IMG/VR virus record: IMGVR_UViG_3300044922_000290
Location: 32,432 to 96,431 of that record
Reading direction: 5' to 3' (one strand)
DNA: 64,000 bases
Source: a virus
Under the pieces are notes generated by a model, which was not told the origin of the DNA, did no database searches, and worked only from the letters and a program-made list of their open reading frames with translations. Below, one piece after another: positions 36,287-46,111 of this stretch; within the stretch, counting starts at the first letter, position 1, and every line of letters starts with the position of its first letter. A program made the translations under genes and the position numbers.

Positions 36287-37120
36287 ATGTGTTCAGGAAA
36301 TTGCAATTGTTCGTGTGACCAAGTAACTATACCTTCCATAGCAGGTGCTAATGGTGTAAATGGATTAAATGCCTTTACTGAAACTACAGCACAGTTTACA
36401 ATGCCTAATGTGGGCTCTAATGTAACTATTACTGTTAGCAATGTTTCTCCATTAACAGGCTTATGGGCAGTTCCTGGGCAAATAATTTTTGTTAAAAATG
36501 CAGGATACTTTGAAGTAGTATCAAATACAGCTACTACTATAACTATAACTAATCTTGGTTATACAGGTAATACAGCCCCAGGAACTCTTCTTATTACAGG
36601 ATTACCAGTATCTCCAGCAGGATTAGCTTCACAAGGAGGAATGCTGCAATTTAACTACTTTAATGCTACAGCAGGAACAGGCTCTTTTCAATTATTTAAT
36701 GGTAGCTCTCAGAATATAGCATATACAGATTATGTTTTATCCCAAAATGGAGATACAATAGAAATAGATGCTTTTATTTTTACCAATGCAGGAGGAAAAA
36801 GTAGTAACACTTCTTTTAGGTTTAGACTTGATGGTGTAGCTTTACTTACTACTCCAATAAGTATTATTTACCCAGAACTTACTAGAGAAACATTTAAAAT
36901 AAGAATAACAAGAGTTAGTAGTACAACTTTAATCTTTGAAGCAAAGCAATATCACGCACCTACTCCAACTACTACAGTATACGATTGGTCTTCAATAGGT
37001 ACAATATCTGTAGCAGATTTAGATAGCCCAGGTAACTATCCTTTAACAGTAGATTTTCAAGTAAATGCAGATTTAGCACATACGTTAGGTTGGCAATCAA
37101 TAACTTCAATTAAGAAATAA
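36287..37120 (+). CDS. structural (fibre-associated) protein
   Basis: Start at MCSGNCNCSC (ATG 36287); short GANGVNG collagen-like stretch. Confidence 0.6.
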   Translation: MCSGNCNCSCDQVTIPSIAGANGVNGLNAFTETTAQFTMPNVGSNVTITVSNVSPLTGLWAVPGQIIFVKNAGYFEVVSNTATTITITNLGYTGNTAPGTLLITGLPVSPAGLASQGGMLQFNYFNATAGTGSFQLFNGSSQNIAYTDYVLSQNGDTIEIDAFIFTNAGGKSSNTSFRFRLDGVALLTTPISIIYPELTRETFKIRITRVSSTTLIFEAKQYHAPTPTTTVYDWSSIGTISVADLDSPGNYPLTVDFQVNADLAHTLGWQSITSIKK

Positions 37121-38865
37121 TGGCAGAGACACTAAACGCTCAATATATACAAATAAGTTTATCTGGAACAACAGAGTCTTTAGACCCTACTGATTTGTAC
37201 AACTATTATATATTGTATAATACTGGTACATTATCAGGGAATTATATACTACAAGCCACAAGTACTCCAACTAGTGACGTAAGGTTTTCTATTTCTAAAT
37301 TAGGAAGCATAGACTTAAATGGTTTTACTTTTACAGTATTTGGTAATACATTAACGCAAGCTCAAGCTAGCTCAGATTTACTTATTGAAGTTATATATGA
37401 TACTCAAAGTAATACTTGGCAAACTAACTTACAAGTTAATAATTTAGGTGTTCCTTCAATATATGAAGGGGTAGAAAGTACAGCTGTACCTACATCAGGT
37501 AGTACAGTTTTGTCTCCTGACATAAATAAGAAATGGCAAGAATTTACAGGTTCTCAAACACTTGTAGGTAATTATACTATTACAGGTACAGGTATTTCAA
37601 ATGGAGATGAGTTTTGGATTATATGGAACTCTACATTAGATCTTAATGGTAATACCTTATCTATATTTGGGCTTACTATACCTGAAGGAGATGCTATAGG
37701 TGGAAACTTTATAGTAGTAGCTAAATATGATGGCTCTGCTTGGGTTGCTAAGTTTATAGATGGGCATTATGCTATATGGGAAGAAGGCGCAGGAACTAAC
37801 TCTGTAAAAAGAATTGGTTCTAGTTCTACAGCAGCAGGAAATAATTCTTTAAACCTAAGCTCTCAATCAGGTTCTACTACAGCAGGAGATGGTGCTATAA
37901 ATATTGGTCACCAAGGTACTGCAAGCGGTATTAATGCTTTGACACAAGGTTTTGATACATCAGCTTCAGGAAGCCATTCAAGTGCTTTTGGTAATTTATC
38001 AGACGCAAGTGGTGTATGTTCTGTAGCTAGAGGGTATAATACAGTAGCTCAGGGTGATTACTCTGAAGCAAGTAACCACCAGTCTACTTCTGTAGAAGAC
38101 TACTCTATAGCAAAAGGGTTTATGTCAAAAGCTAAATGGTTAGGTTCAGAAACTATGTCAGCAGGTAATAATGCTAATAACATAAATAAACCTAATCAAA
38201 AAGTACATGCTTTTTTAAGAAAAATTACTACTAATGCAACTTTAACAGAATTATTTATTGATGGTAGTGCTTTACAAGTAGGACTTACTGCAAATTCTGT
38301 AATGCATGTTACAGGTAAAGTTACAGGTATTCAAACAGCAGGTTCAGCAGGTTCTGTAGGAGATACAAAATCTTGGGAATTTAGCTGTATACTAACAAAC
38401 ATTTCTGGGTTTACTGGTTTAAAAGCACTTGATGGAGAAGGTTCAGGAGTTATATATAAAGGAGCTTTAAGAAACATTCCAAACGTACATTTATCAGGTA
38501 CAGCAACTGCTGGAGCAGGTTCTACTATAACTTTAGATGGTGCAGCTCCTGCTGTTGATGGTTGGTTTAATAACGCTTATATAATTATAGTAAGTGGTAC
38601 AGGAGCAGGGCAAAGAGCTTTAATAAAAGGATTTGTAGGTTCTACATTAGTAGCTACTATAGATGGAACTTGGTCTGTAAATCCAGATGCTACTTCAGGT
38701 TATATAATTGAATCAGGATTAGGAGTAACTACAAATACTGATAATTGGGTAGTTTTTCCAGATGCAGATAGTGGAAACAATGCGTTTAAACTAGAAGTAC
38801 AAGGAGAAGCCAATAAAACAATATCTTGGCATGCAGTTTTAGAAATAAATGAAATCTGTTATTAA
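37120..38865 (+). CDS. tail fibre or adhesin-like protein
   Basis: YadA-head-like 14-aa repeats (ASGINALTQGFDTS, ASGSHSSAFGNLSD, ASGVCSVARGYNTV); SGTGAGQRA module. Confidence 0.65.
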   Translation: MAETLNAQYIQISLSGTTESLDPTDLYNYYILYNTGTLSGNYILQATSTPTSDVRFSISKLGSIDLNGFTFTVFGNTLTQAQASSDLLIEVIYDTQSNTWQTNLQVNNLGVPSIYEGVESTAVPTSGSTVLSPDINKKWQEFTGSQTLVGNYTITGTGISNGDEFWIIWNSTLDLNGNTLSIFGLTIPEGDAIGGNFIVVAKYDGSAWVAKFIDGHYAIWEEGAGTNSVKRIGSSSTAAGNNSLNLSSQSGSTTAGDGAINIGHQGTASGINALTQGFDTSASGSHSSAFGNLSDASGVCSVARGYNTVAQGDYSEASNHQSTSVEDYSIAKGFMSKAKWLGSETMSAGNNANNINKPNQKVHAFLRKITTNATLTELFIDGSALQVGLTANSVMHVTGKVTGIQTAGSAGSVGDTKSWEFSCILTNISGFTGLKALDGEGSGVIYKGALRNIPNVHLSGTATAGAGSTITLDGAAPAVDGWFNNAYIIIVSGTGAGQRALIKGFVGSTLVATIDGTWSVNPDATSGYIIESGLGVTTNTDNWVVFPDADSGNNAFKLEVQGEANKTISWHAVLEINEICY

Positions 38866-39434
38866 TGACCACTACTTGTAAAAATATACATATCAATGAC
38901 ATACAGTGTAAGTTTGCTGATTTAGCATACAAACAATCACAGGCATTGTCTATTGGTAGAACATGTTTAGAGAGGGTTACAGCAATGAGAATAGTTGCTA
39001 GTTATCTTCCTTTACTTTATTGTTACAAGACATTTAACGCTACAGTTACATACGCATATAACTTTATTTTTACAAAGAACAATGATGATGCAGTAACTAT
39101 AGATATTACTATAGGTACAGAAACATTTTCATATAGTGGTACAGGTCAAAGATTTGAAATAACAAATTACTTTTTACAAGATATACTAGCAAATACTACT
39201 TATGCGTTTGAAGGATTTACCCATCAAGGAGCATTGTATATTTATAGTTACGATACTTCTCTTGGTTTTGGTACTACTACAACTGTAACAGAATCTGAAG
39301 ATATTACTGTAACTACAAATATGGAAGATTCGTATGAACATATATTAGATATATGGAATTGCATAACGCAAGAACAAGTATGTGCAATTATTAATCACGC
39401 TAAAAAACTAACAGGAGAATGCAATTGCAGCTAG
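38865..39434 (+). CDS. structural protein (ring-type)
   Basis: NCIT.EQV..II...ECNC terminus. Confidence 0.5.
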   Translation: MTTTCKNIHINDIQCKFADLAYKQSQALSIGRTCLERVTAMRIVASYLPLLYCYKTFNATVTYAYNFIFTKNNDDAVTIDITIGTETFSYSGTGQRFEITNYFLQDILANTTYAFEGFTHQGALYIYSYDTSLGFGTTTTVTESEDITVTTNMEDSYEHILDIWNCITQEQVCAIINHAKKLTGECNCS

Positions 39435-39757
39435 GAGGTAACTCACAAGGATTAGTATCACTAATCACATTACTAGGTAAACAACTAGTACCAACATTAT
39501 ATAAATCTTTAGCAGTAACAGGAACAGCAAAAAGCTTACCTGATATACCTGAAGGAGCTGTAGCAGCTCATATTACTGTAGAAACAGGTGTAACTCTTAG
39601 ATACACTTTAGATGGAACTACAGCAACTACAACTGTAGGACATTTATTAGCTAATGCCCAAATACTAGAAATAGTAGGTTCAGTAGCAATCTCTAAGTTT
39701 TCAATAATTGAAGTTACAGGTGGTACAAGTTCAATCAAAATAACTTATTACGTATAA
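39419..39757 (+). CDS. structural protein
   Basis: LRYTLDGTTAT..VGHLL. Confidence 0.55.
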   Translation: MQLQLGGNSQGLVSLITLLGKQLVPTLYKSLAVTGTAKSLPDIPEGAVAAHITVETGVTLRYTLDGTTATTTVGHLLANAQILEIVGSVAISKFSIIEVTGGTSSIKITYYV

Positions 39758-40560
39758 TGGGAGCAAAGTCAGGCATTAAATGGAATGGGGTAACCCAAGC
39801 ACAAACCCAAAATACTATAGAAACTATAGGGTCAGATGTACAGATAATTCTAAGAGATCCAAGAACTGAACAAGAATGGGTTACTAGTTCTACAGATTAT
39901 ATTAATGCTCTTGTATCTTTAGGTGTAATACCTTCAAGTGCTGGTTCTTGGCTAACAAAAGGCAATAAGGGTACTGACTATACTAATGACTTTATTGGTA
40001 CAGAAGATGATGAGCCTCTTACCTTTAGAACTAATAATGTTGCAAGATTAGGGTTTGATGAAAATGGTGGGGCTTTAAGTACAACTGATGTTTTAAATCC
40101 ATCAGGAAGTTATAGCATTCTTCAATGGAGTACAGATGCTATAAATCAAAAAATATATGTATCTGATGTACTTGTAACAAGTGTTAAAGTAACTACAGGA
40201 GATGTAACTATATTAACAGAAGATGTAGGAGCAGGTGTTTATAATGAAACAATAGTAAGTTTAGCTGAAATACTATTATCAGCATCAGGAACAGGAATAT
40301 CAGATATTCATGTTTATCCAAATGGAGAAATAGGTATAGCTTCTACGGCAAATACAACAATCAATGCAATAACAGCTACTGGAGGTGTAAGTGGTAATGT
40401 AGGTATAGGTACAACTACACCAGCTTCATTATTAACAGTAGATGATGGAGATATTGAAGTAGCAAACAAAAATAATGGCTTAATATTATATAGTCAAGAT
40501 GGTACTAAATACAGAATTACAGCAGCTGATGGAGGTACACTAACAGTAACAGCAATCTAA
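39757..40560 (+). CDS. fibre-like protein
   Basis: W.TKGN.GT...FIGT.D..PL.FRTNN and GNVGIGTTTP, which are Bacteroidota fibre modules. Confidence 0.6.
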   Translation: MGAKSGIKWNGVTQAQTQNTIETIGSDVQIILRDPRTEQEWVTSSTDYINALVSLGVIPSSAGSWLTKGNKGTDYTNDFIGTEDDEPLTFRTNNVARLGFDENGGALSTTDVLNPSGSYSILQWSTDAINQKIYVSDVLVTSVKVTTGDVTILTEDVGAGVYNETIVSLAEILLSASGTGISDIHVYPNGEIGIASTANTTINAITATGGVSGNVGIGTTTPASLLTVDDGDIEVANKNNGLILYSQDGTKYRITAADGGTLTVTAI

Positions 40561-40578
40561 CCAAAAATAATTGATGTA

Positions 40579-40845
40579 ATGAAACATTTGTTTGACGAAA
40601 TAAGTATATATATTCACGAAAACTTTGAAAGACTCTGTGGTGCTACAGTAGGAATAGGTGCAGGAGTTAAACATGTTGTTACCCAAGAACAAGAAATTAA
40701 CCTAGAAACAATTTTACAGAAAGTGCTACTTGTCGCTCTATATGCTATTGTTGGTGGAATATTCGGTGGAATAGGTAAATGGGCTATTGATGAGTTTAAA
40801 GCTTATATTAAAAAATACAAAAATGAGCAGAAAAGAAAAAGCTAG
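40579..40845 (+). CDS. putative holin
   Basis: TM segment with a basic C-terminus, adjacent to the endolysin. Confidence 0.45.
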   Translation: MKHLFDEISIYIHENFERLCGATVGIGAGVKHVVTQEQEINLETILQKVLLVALYAIVGGIFGGIGKWAIDEFKAYIKKYKNEQKRKS

Positions 40846-41212
40846 TTGGTGGTTAGTAGAACAAGTAATGAAAGCCAAAGAAATTGTAAGACAGTTTCCT
40901 GAAATATTTGGATTACCTTTAGTTTTAGTAAGTTTTTATTACAGCCCTCATTTACTGTATATGGTAGATCCAACAGCAGCTAGTTGGGATTGGGGAGTAG
41001 TACAAACAGTAGTACTTGTAGCAATTATAGGATTAACATTAAACTGTTTAGCGTATATTGGTTTTAAATTAAACCACCCTAATTTATATAAAACATTTTT
41101 AGAATTAGATTATACTAAATTACCTGTATGGCAAATTACCTTATTATCCTTCTTTGTGGTCTCCAAATACATTCTAATGTTCTTGCTAATAACCTTAGCT
41201 CTTTTAACTTAG
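40823..41212 (+). CDS. membrane protein (three TM), lysis-associated
   Basis: Start at MSRKEK; three hydrophobic segments. Confidence 0.5.
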   Translation: MSRKEKASWWLVEQVMKAKEIVRQFPEIFGLPLVLVSFYYSPHLLYMVDPTAASWDWGVVQTVVLVAIIGLTLNCLAYIGFKLNHPNLYKTFLELDYTKLPVWQITLLSFFVVSKYILMFLLITLALLT

Positions 41213-41742
41213 ATTCTAATAAAGTTGTAATACCTAAAGTAGAACCTATAGTTGTTAAAAAGAATGTTTATGAAGTATTAGATAGTTTATTTACTACTCA
41301 ATTAAACATCAGGGAATTAACTGGAAAAAATGATGGGCCTCAAGTTGAGGCTTTTCTTCGTTCTGTAAACAGAGTAAAAGGAGATGCTTGGTGTGCTGCT
41401 TATACTTCTTATAACCTACAATACTTAGCTAAAAGAGGTTATAAAGTAGATTACATAGTATCAGGTTGGTCACCTTCTTGGGCTAATAATAAGTTTGTAA
41501 TATGGAAAAAAGGAAAACCTTTGGTTCCTTTTACTATGGGAGATGTATTTAGTATATACTTTGCAAACCAAAAAAGAGCTGCACACGTAGGTTTTATATA
41601 TGAAGATAAAGGCAATACTGTAATTACACAAGAAGGTAATACTTCTGATGATAATTATGGGCAAGCAACAAGAGAAGGTAATAAAGTAGCAAGAAAAAGA
41701 AGGCTTAAATCACAGTTATATACTGTAGCTAGATTCATGTAA
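41128..41742 (+). CDS. CHAP-family peptidoglycan hydrolase (endolysin) with N-terminal signal-like segment
   Basis: IRELTGKNDG..VE.FL, AWCAAY, HVGFI, TQEGNT. Confidence 0.8.
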   Translation: MANYLIILLCGLQIHSNVLANNLSSFNLDSNKVVIPKVEPIVVKKNVYEVLDSLFTTQLNIRELTGKNDGPQVEAFLRSVNRVKGDAWCAAYTSYNLQYLAKRGYKVDYIVSGWSPSWANNKFVIWKKGKPLVPFTMGDVFSIYFANQKRAAHVGFIYEDKGNTVITQEGNTSDDNYGQATREGNKVARKRRLKSQLYTVARFM

Positions 41743-42617
41743 TGGAAACCCAATTTGACAATTATAGCTTTTTAATAGTACAAGCACCTGCAAGTTTATA
41801 TAAAGATAAGCTTGTATTTATTGTCAATGGATCTACAAAAGGTCAGGGAAGAACTTACCCTTTTAAACCAGCAGGATTTTATTACTCAGATGGTTCTACT
41901 TGGACTTTTAAAGGAGCTACTAGTACAGGAGGAACAGGAACAGTTACATCAGTAGATATAACTACTAATGCTCCCGCAATAACTATTACAGGTAACCCTA
42001 TAACTACAGCAGGAACTATAGATTTAGGCTTTAATGGGGCTATTACAGATTATATAGATGGTACAGGAGATTTACAAGTATTTCCAACCATTCCAAGCGG
42101 AACGGTAACAAACGTAGCAGCTTTAACTTTAGGCACAACGGGTACAGATTTAAGTTCTACGGTAGCCAATCCAACCACAACGCCTGTAATAACCCTAAAT
42201 GTACCAAATGCAAGTGCAACAAATAGGGGTGTATTAACCTCTACTCAATACAGCGCACTATCTACCAAATCTTTTGGTATAGTAATTGACGGGGGTGGTA
42301 CACCAATTACCACAGGTATTGCAGGTGATGTAGTTATACCCTTTGCTATGACTATTACTTCTTGGACTTTAATAGCTGACCAGGTAGGTAGTATAGTAAT
42401 TGATTTATGGAAAGATACCTACGCTAACTACCCACCAACAGTAGCTGATACAATTACAGGCAGCGAAAAACCAACATTATCGTCTGTTATTAAAAACCAA
42501 GATCTAACCCTTACAACGTGGACTACAGCTGTTGCTGCGGGTGATATTATCAGGTTTAATGTTGACAGCGCAAGTACGGTAACAAGGATAACACTTTCAA
42601 TAGCGGGAGCGGTATGA
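41742..42617 (+). CDS. fibre or structural protein
   Basis: GTVTSV/GTVTNV modules; C-terminal IDGGG..ITTG...DLWKDTYANYPPT domain. Confidence 0.65.
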   Translation: METQFDNYSFLIVQAPASLYKDKLVFIVNGSTKGQGRTYPFKPAGFYYSDGSTWTFKGATSTGGTGTVTSVDITTNAPAITITGNPITTAGTIDLGFNGAITDYIDGTGDLQVFPTIPSGTVTNVAALTLGTTGTDLSSTVANPTTTPVITLNVPNASATNRGVLTSTQYSALSTKSFGIVIDGGGTPITTGIAGDVVIPFAMTITSWTLIADQVGSIVIDLWKDTYANYPPTVADTITGSEKPTLSSVIKNQDLTLTTWTTAVAAGDIIRFNVDSASTVTRITLSIAGAV

Positions 42618-42832
42618 TAGTACGCCTTATAAACCCGTTATTCCAAAACGAAACTAAGCAATGGGACTACCTGATAACAAACAATCAGGGGGAAACAAGG
42701 GAACGCTTTCCATTTACCATTAATGATGGTGATGATGCTACAATAGAGGCTACTAATACCTTCAATGCGGTAAAAAACATAGATTGGACTTTAGACGAAT
42801 TATTTATAGACGTACCAGATGGCAGTATATAA
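42614..42832 (+). CDS. hypothetical protein
   Basis: 72 aa, overlaps both neighbours. Confidence 0.5.
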   Translation: MIVRLINPLFQNETKQWDYLITNNQGETRERFPFTINDGDDATIEATNTFNAVKNIDWTLDELFIDVPDGSI

Positions 42833-45341
42833 AAACATAGGTACAGGTAATTTTACAGCAGCTAATTGGGAAGTTGTGCAGGGGTATGAGAATACCGAAA
42901 CATCTGTACAGCTTCTTACCACTACGGCAGTAGCAGCTCCAAACTACACAGCAGGGGTAGAAACAGTAGATGGCGTATTGGTTAAGTTTGGTCTTATTCA
43001 AGGCACAGCAGGACAGATAGCTGCAACTACTGTAACAGCTCAATTATTTAACGTAACTACCGCAACAGTAGTAGCAAGTACCACAATAAATGTATCTGAT
43101 TTAGATACTGCACTAATAAACTTTCCCTCTCCTTTTGCGGGAGGCTCTTGGCACTATTTAAAGTTTTCTGCACCTATTTTATTGGTTGTGGGACAGAACT
43201 ATGCTGTAAGGCTTTTGGTTAATTCAGGAGGCGCTTCAGTTTGGGCTTGGAGGGCTGCGGCTAATGCTTGGAATAGAGGCATAGTAACAACTACAACAGG
43301 AACACCCGCAGCTACGGATACCTTAATAGTTACTGGGGAATATACAGGGGCGGGAACAAGCAATTCATTTACTGTAACCAATAATAATACAGCCACCACA
43401 ACCTTTGCTAACTTTTTTGTAGGGGCTAAGGGTACTTTTGCTTGGGGAACAACAGCCGCCACAAACTACTACCTTAAACTTGCAGGTAATTTAAATATAG
43501 GGGTGGCAGGATTAATGAGTATGGGTACATCAGGAACACCTATGCCTTCTACATCAAGTGCAATTTTGGAGTTTGTATGCGCCTCATCAGGGCAGTTTGG
43601 AATGATTGTCTATGGTACTTTACAAACCTACGGGGCTACCAAAACAGTATCAGCTAAACTAAATGCTAATGCTGCTGCTTTAGCAACCTCTCTGACAACA
43701 AACATTTCTACGAATTGGAAGAACGGGGATATTTTAGGGCTTGCAGGGACTACACAAACCAATACTCAAGCAGAGAAAATAACCTGTACGGCAGATGCAG
43801 TAACAACCACATTGACAGTAAGTGCTTTGGTTAATGCTCACGGAGGGGTAGCTCCTGTGGTAGCTGATATAGTAAACCTTCGTAGGAACGTAAGGATAAT
43901 AGGAACTTCTACAACTAACGTAGCCTACATTAACTTTCCAAGCGGGATAAATACCACGTCTTATTTATACTACACAGAGATATATTTTTGTGGTAACACA
44001 ACTATTGGAAAATCAGCCATAGGTATAGGGACAAGCGGCAGTATAGATGTAAGCTACTGCTCAATATATGATAACCCTAACGGGTATGGTTTTTTGCATA
44101 ACGGAGCTACTATAGGGACAATTAATTTTGCAAATAACGTAACGTACAACAATTCAATAGGGATATGGCTTTCTTCAGCAGCTACAGGAACGTGGACTGT
44201 TAGCAACAACATTAGCATAAGGAGTTCTATAACATTAAATGATGTTGGTGGCACGTTTACCAATAATATAGTTACCAACGCAACATCAACAGGCATTACA
44301 ATAAGTGAGCAGTTTGGGGAGATTGTTTCCTTTAGCGGATTGACTTATTATGGGGGAGGAAGTACGGGTATAAACGTAAACTGTGCAGGAACAATATCTA
44401 ATCTTACTGTTTGGCGAACAGCATCAATAGGGCTAACAACCCCTGCTATTTTACAGTCGGGGCAAATGTTAATGTTTGATACCTTTACCCTATTTGGAAA
44501 TGCTACAGTAAACCTATTACCAGCTGCATCTACTGGCCTTATCTTATTTAAAACAGGAACGGTTTTTGGTGGTACTACCCAAGTGGCACAATACGGTATA
44601 TGGGCTGCTAATACCAACGACCATATCATTGTTCAAAGCACAGCCTTTTCAGGACATTCCATTGCTGATATTTATGGTGTTTCACAGGGCAGAGGGAATA
44701 ATTTTATGTTCTTAAACAGCACATTTACTTCGGCTGTGGAGATTATCTCACAATCATCTTTAGACTTTTCTTTTGAGGGGTATGGGGTAACATCTGTAAA
44801 CCACCAAAACGTAGCGGGAGTAAACAAGGCTTATACTAAAAACGGAACAGTACAAACTGATACGGTAATATTTAATACAGCAAGTCCATCAGTACGATTA
44901 ACACCAACCTCTACCTCTTTTAAACTGTATGCCAAGCCCTTTAAAGTGGCAGTATCAAGTGGTCAAACTTGTACTGTATCAGTAGAAGTAAGAAAATCTA
45001 CCTTAGCTGATGGTACGGCTTACAATGGTAACCAACCAAGACTAATGGTTAGGATTAACCCTATTGCGGGCATAGCCTCTAATACAGTCTTAGATACTAT
45101 GGTTGTGGCTGCGGGTACTTGGGAAACACTAACAGGAACAACAGTAGCCGTAGCACAGGATTGTATATTGGAGTTTTATGTAGACTGTGATGGTACTTTT
45201 GGTTGGATAAATTTTGATGACTTCTCAACAACAACTAATGTAAATACAAAGGGTATGGGCTATTGGGATTTTGGACAGCCTTATACAACAGGAATTTTTA
45301 GTGCAATTTCTGGGCAAAAAAGTTATACATTTGTAGGGTAA
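42819..45341 (+). CDS. receptor-binding or tailspike-like protein with a beta-helix region
   Basis: 840 aa, T/G/N/S-rich; VNLRRNVRI followed by parallel beta-helix-like repeats; possible C-terminal carbohydrate-binding domain. Confidence 0.65.
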   Translation: MAVYKNIGTGNFTAANWEVVQGYENTETSVQLLTTTAVAAPNYTAGVETVDGVLVKFGLIQGTAGQIAATTVTAQLFNVTTATVVASTTINVSDLDTALINFPSPFAGGSWHYLKFSAPILLVVGQNYAVRLLVNSGGASVWAWRAAANAWNRGIVTTTTGTPAATDTLIVTGEYTGAGTSNSFTVTNNNTATTTFANFFVGAKGTFAWGTTAATNYYLKLAGNLNIGVAGLMSMGTSGTPMPSTSSAILEFVCASSGQFGMIVYGTLQTYGATKTVSAKLNANAAALATSLTTNISTNWKNGDILGLAGTTQTNTQAEKITCTADAVTTTLTVSALVNAHGGVAPVVADIVNLRRNVRIIGTSTTNVAYINFPSGINTTSYLYYTEIYFCGNTTIGKSAIGIGTSGSIDVSYCSIYDNPNGYGFLHNGATIGTINFANNVTYNNSIGIWLSSAATGTWTVSNNISIRSSITLNDVGGTFTNNIVTNATSTGITISEQFGEIVSFSGLTYYGGGSTGINVNCAGTISNLTVWRTASIGLTTPAILQSGQMLMFDTFTLFGNATVNLLPAASTGLILFKTGTVFGGTTQVAQYGIWAANTNDHIIVQSTAFSGHSIADIYGVSQGRGNNFMFLNSTFTSAVEIISQSSLDFSFEGYGVTSVNHQNVAGVNKAYTKNGTVQTDTVIFNTASPSVRLTPTSTSFKLYAKPFKVAVSSGQTCTVSVEVRKSTLADGTAYNGNQPRLMVRINPIAGIASNTVLDTMVVAAGTWETLTGTTVAVAQDCILEFYVDCDGTFGWINFDDFSTTTNVNTKGMGYWDFGQPYTTGIFSAISGQKSYTFVG

Positions 45342-45356
45342 AAAGCTTACTAAAAT

Positions 45357-45548
45357 ATGAAAGCAACAAAACAACAAGTAATCAATGCTCAGGTAGAGCC
45401 ATTCTTAAAATTAAAAGACCCTAATTGGGGAGATATTTACAATGCTATAAACCAATTTATACATATAACAAATGAGCTTGAAAAACAAGGTAATATCACG
45501 TTTGGAGAAGTTGTGGAACAACCTAAAGACTTGGAGCGTAAAGAATAA
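45357..45548 (+). CDS. hypothetical protein
   Basis: 63-aa ORF. Confidence 0.45.
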   Translation: MKATKQQVINAQVEPFLKLKDPNWGDIYNAINQFIHITNELEKQGNITFGEVVEQPKDLERKE

Positions 45549-46107
45549 AGTAATTGCAGTACTTTCAATAATAATAGTATTTTTACTACTAAGATTAGAG
45601 TATTGTAATAAACCTAAGATACAATACTTAGATAGGACTGTAGTAGACTCTATAATAAGAAAGTCTACAGTAGATACTGTATATGTAACAAACAGAGTTA
45701 TTAAATATGTATCTGTACCTTACCCTGACCTAATTAAAGAATATAAAGATACTTGTTTGGATTTACAAGTAAACAGATATACTGTTCCTGTAGAAGATAC
45801 CCTTATTACAGGTAAAATAATAGCAAGAGTAACAGGTACTTTAGACTCTCTTAAACTAGATTATACTTATAAGTATCCTGTAATAACTAAGACAGACTCT
45901 ATAACTATATACAAAACAAGAACTGTATATAAACAACCCCTGTCTTTAACTGTGGGAGGAGCTATTGGTGGTAATAAGAATACTTTTGTAGCAGGAATAA
46001 ATGCAGGTATAATTACTCCAAAAGGTATGGTGTATGAAGCACAATATGATTTTTCAGGAAAAAGTATTACCTTTGGTGTGAAAAAAGCATTTAAACTTCA
46101 AAAATAA
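45472..46107 (+). CDS. membrane-anchored protein (spanin-like candidate)
   Basis: N-terminal TM followed by Cys, VDTVYV pattern, C-terminal amphipathic beta strands. Confidence 0.5.
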   Translation: MSLKNKVISRLEKLWNNLKTWSVKNKVIAVLSIIIVFLLLRLEYCNKPKIQYLDRTVVDSIIRKSTVDTVYVTNRVIKYVSVPYPDLIKEYKDTCLDLQVNRYTVPVEDTLITGKIIARVTGTLDSLKLDYTYKYPVITKTDSITIYKTRTVYKQPLSLTVGGAIGGNKNTFVAGINAGIITPKGMVYEAQYDFSGKSITFGVKKAFKLQK

Positions 46108-46111
46108 CCAA

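Noticed and set aside
37120-45341. Diversity-generating retroelement acting on fibre genes
   Set aside because: No reverse transcriptase or template/variable repeat pair was seen in the window.
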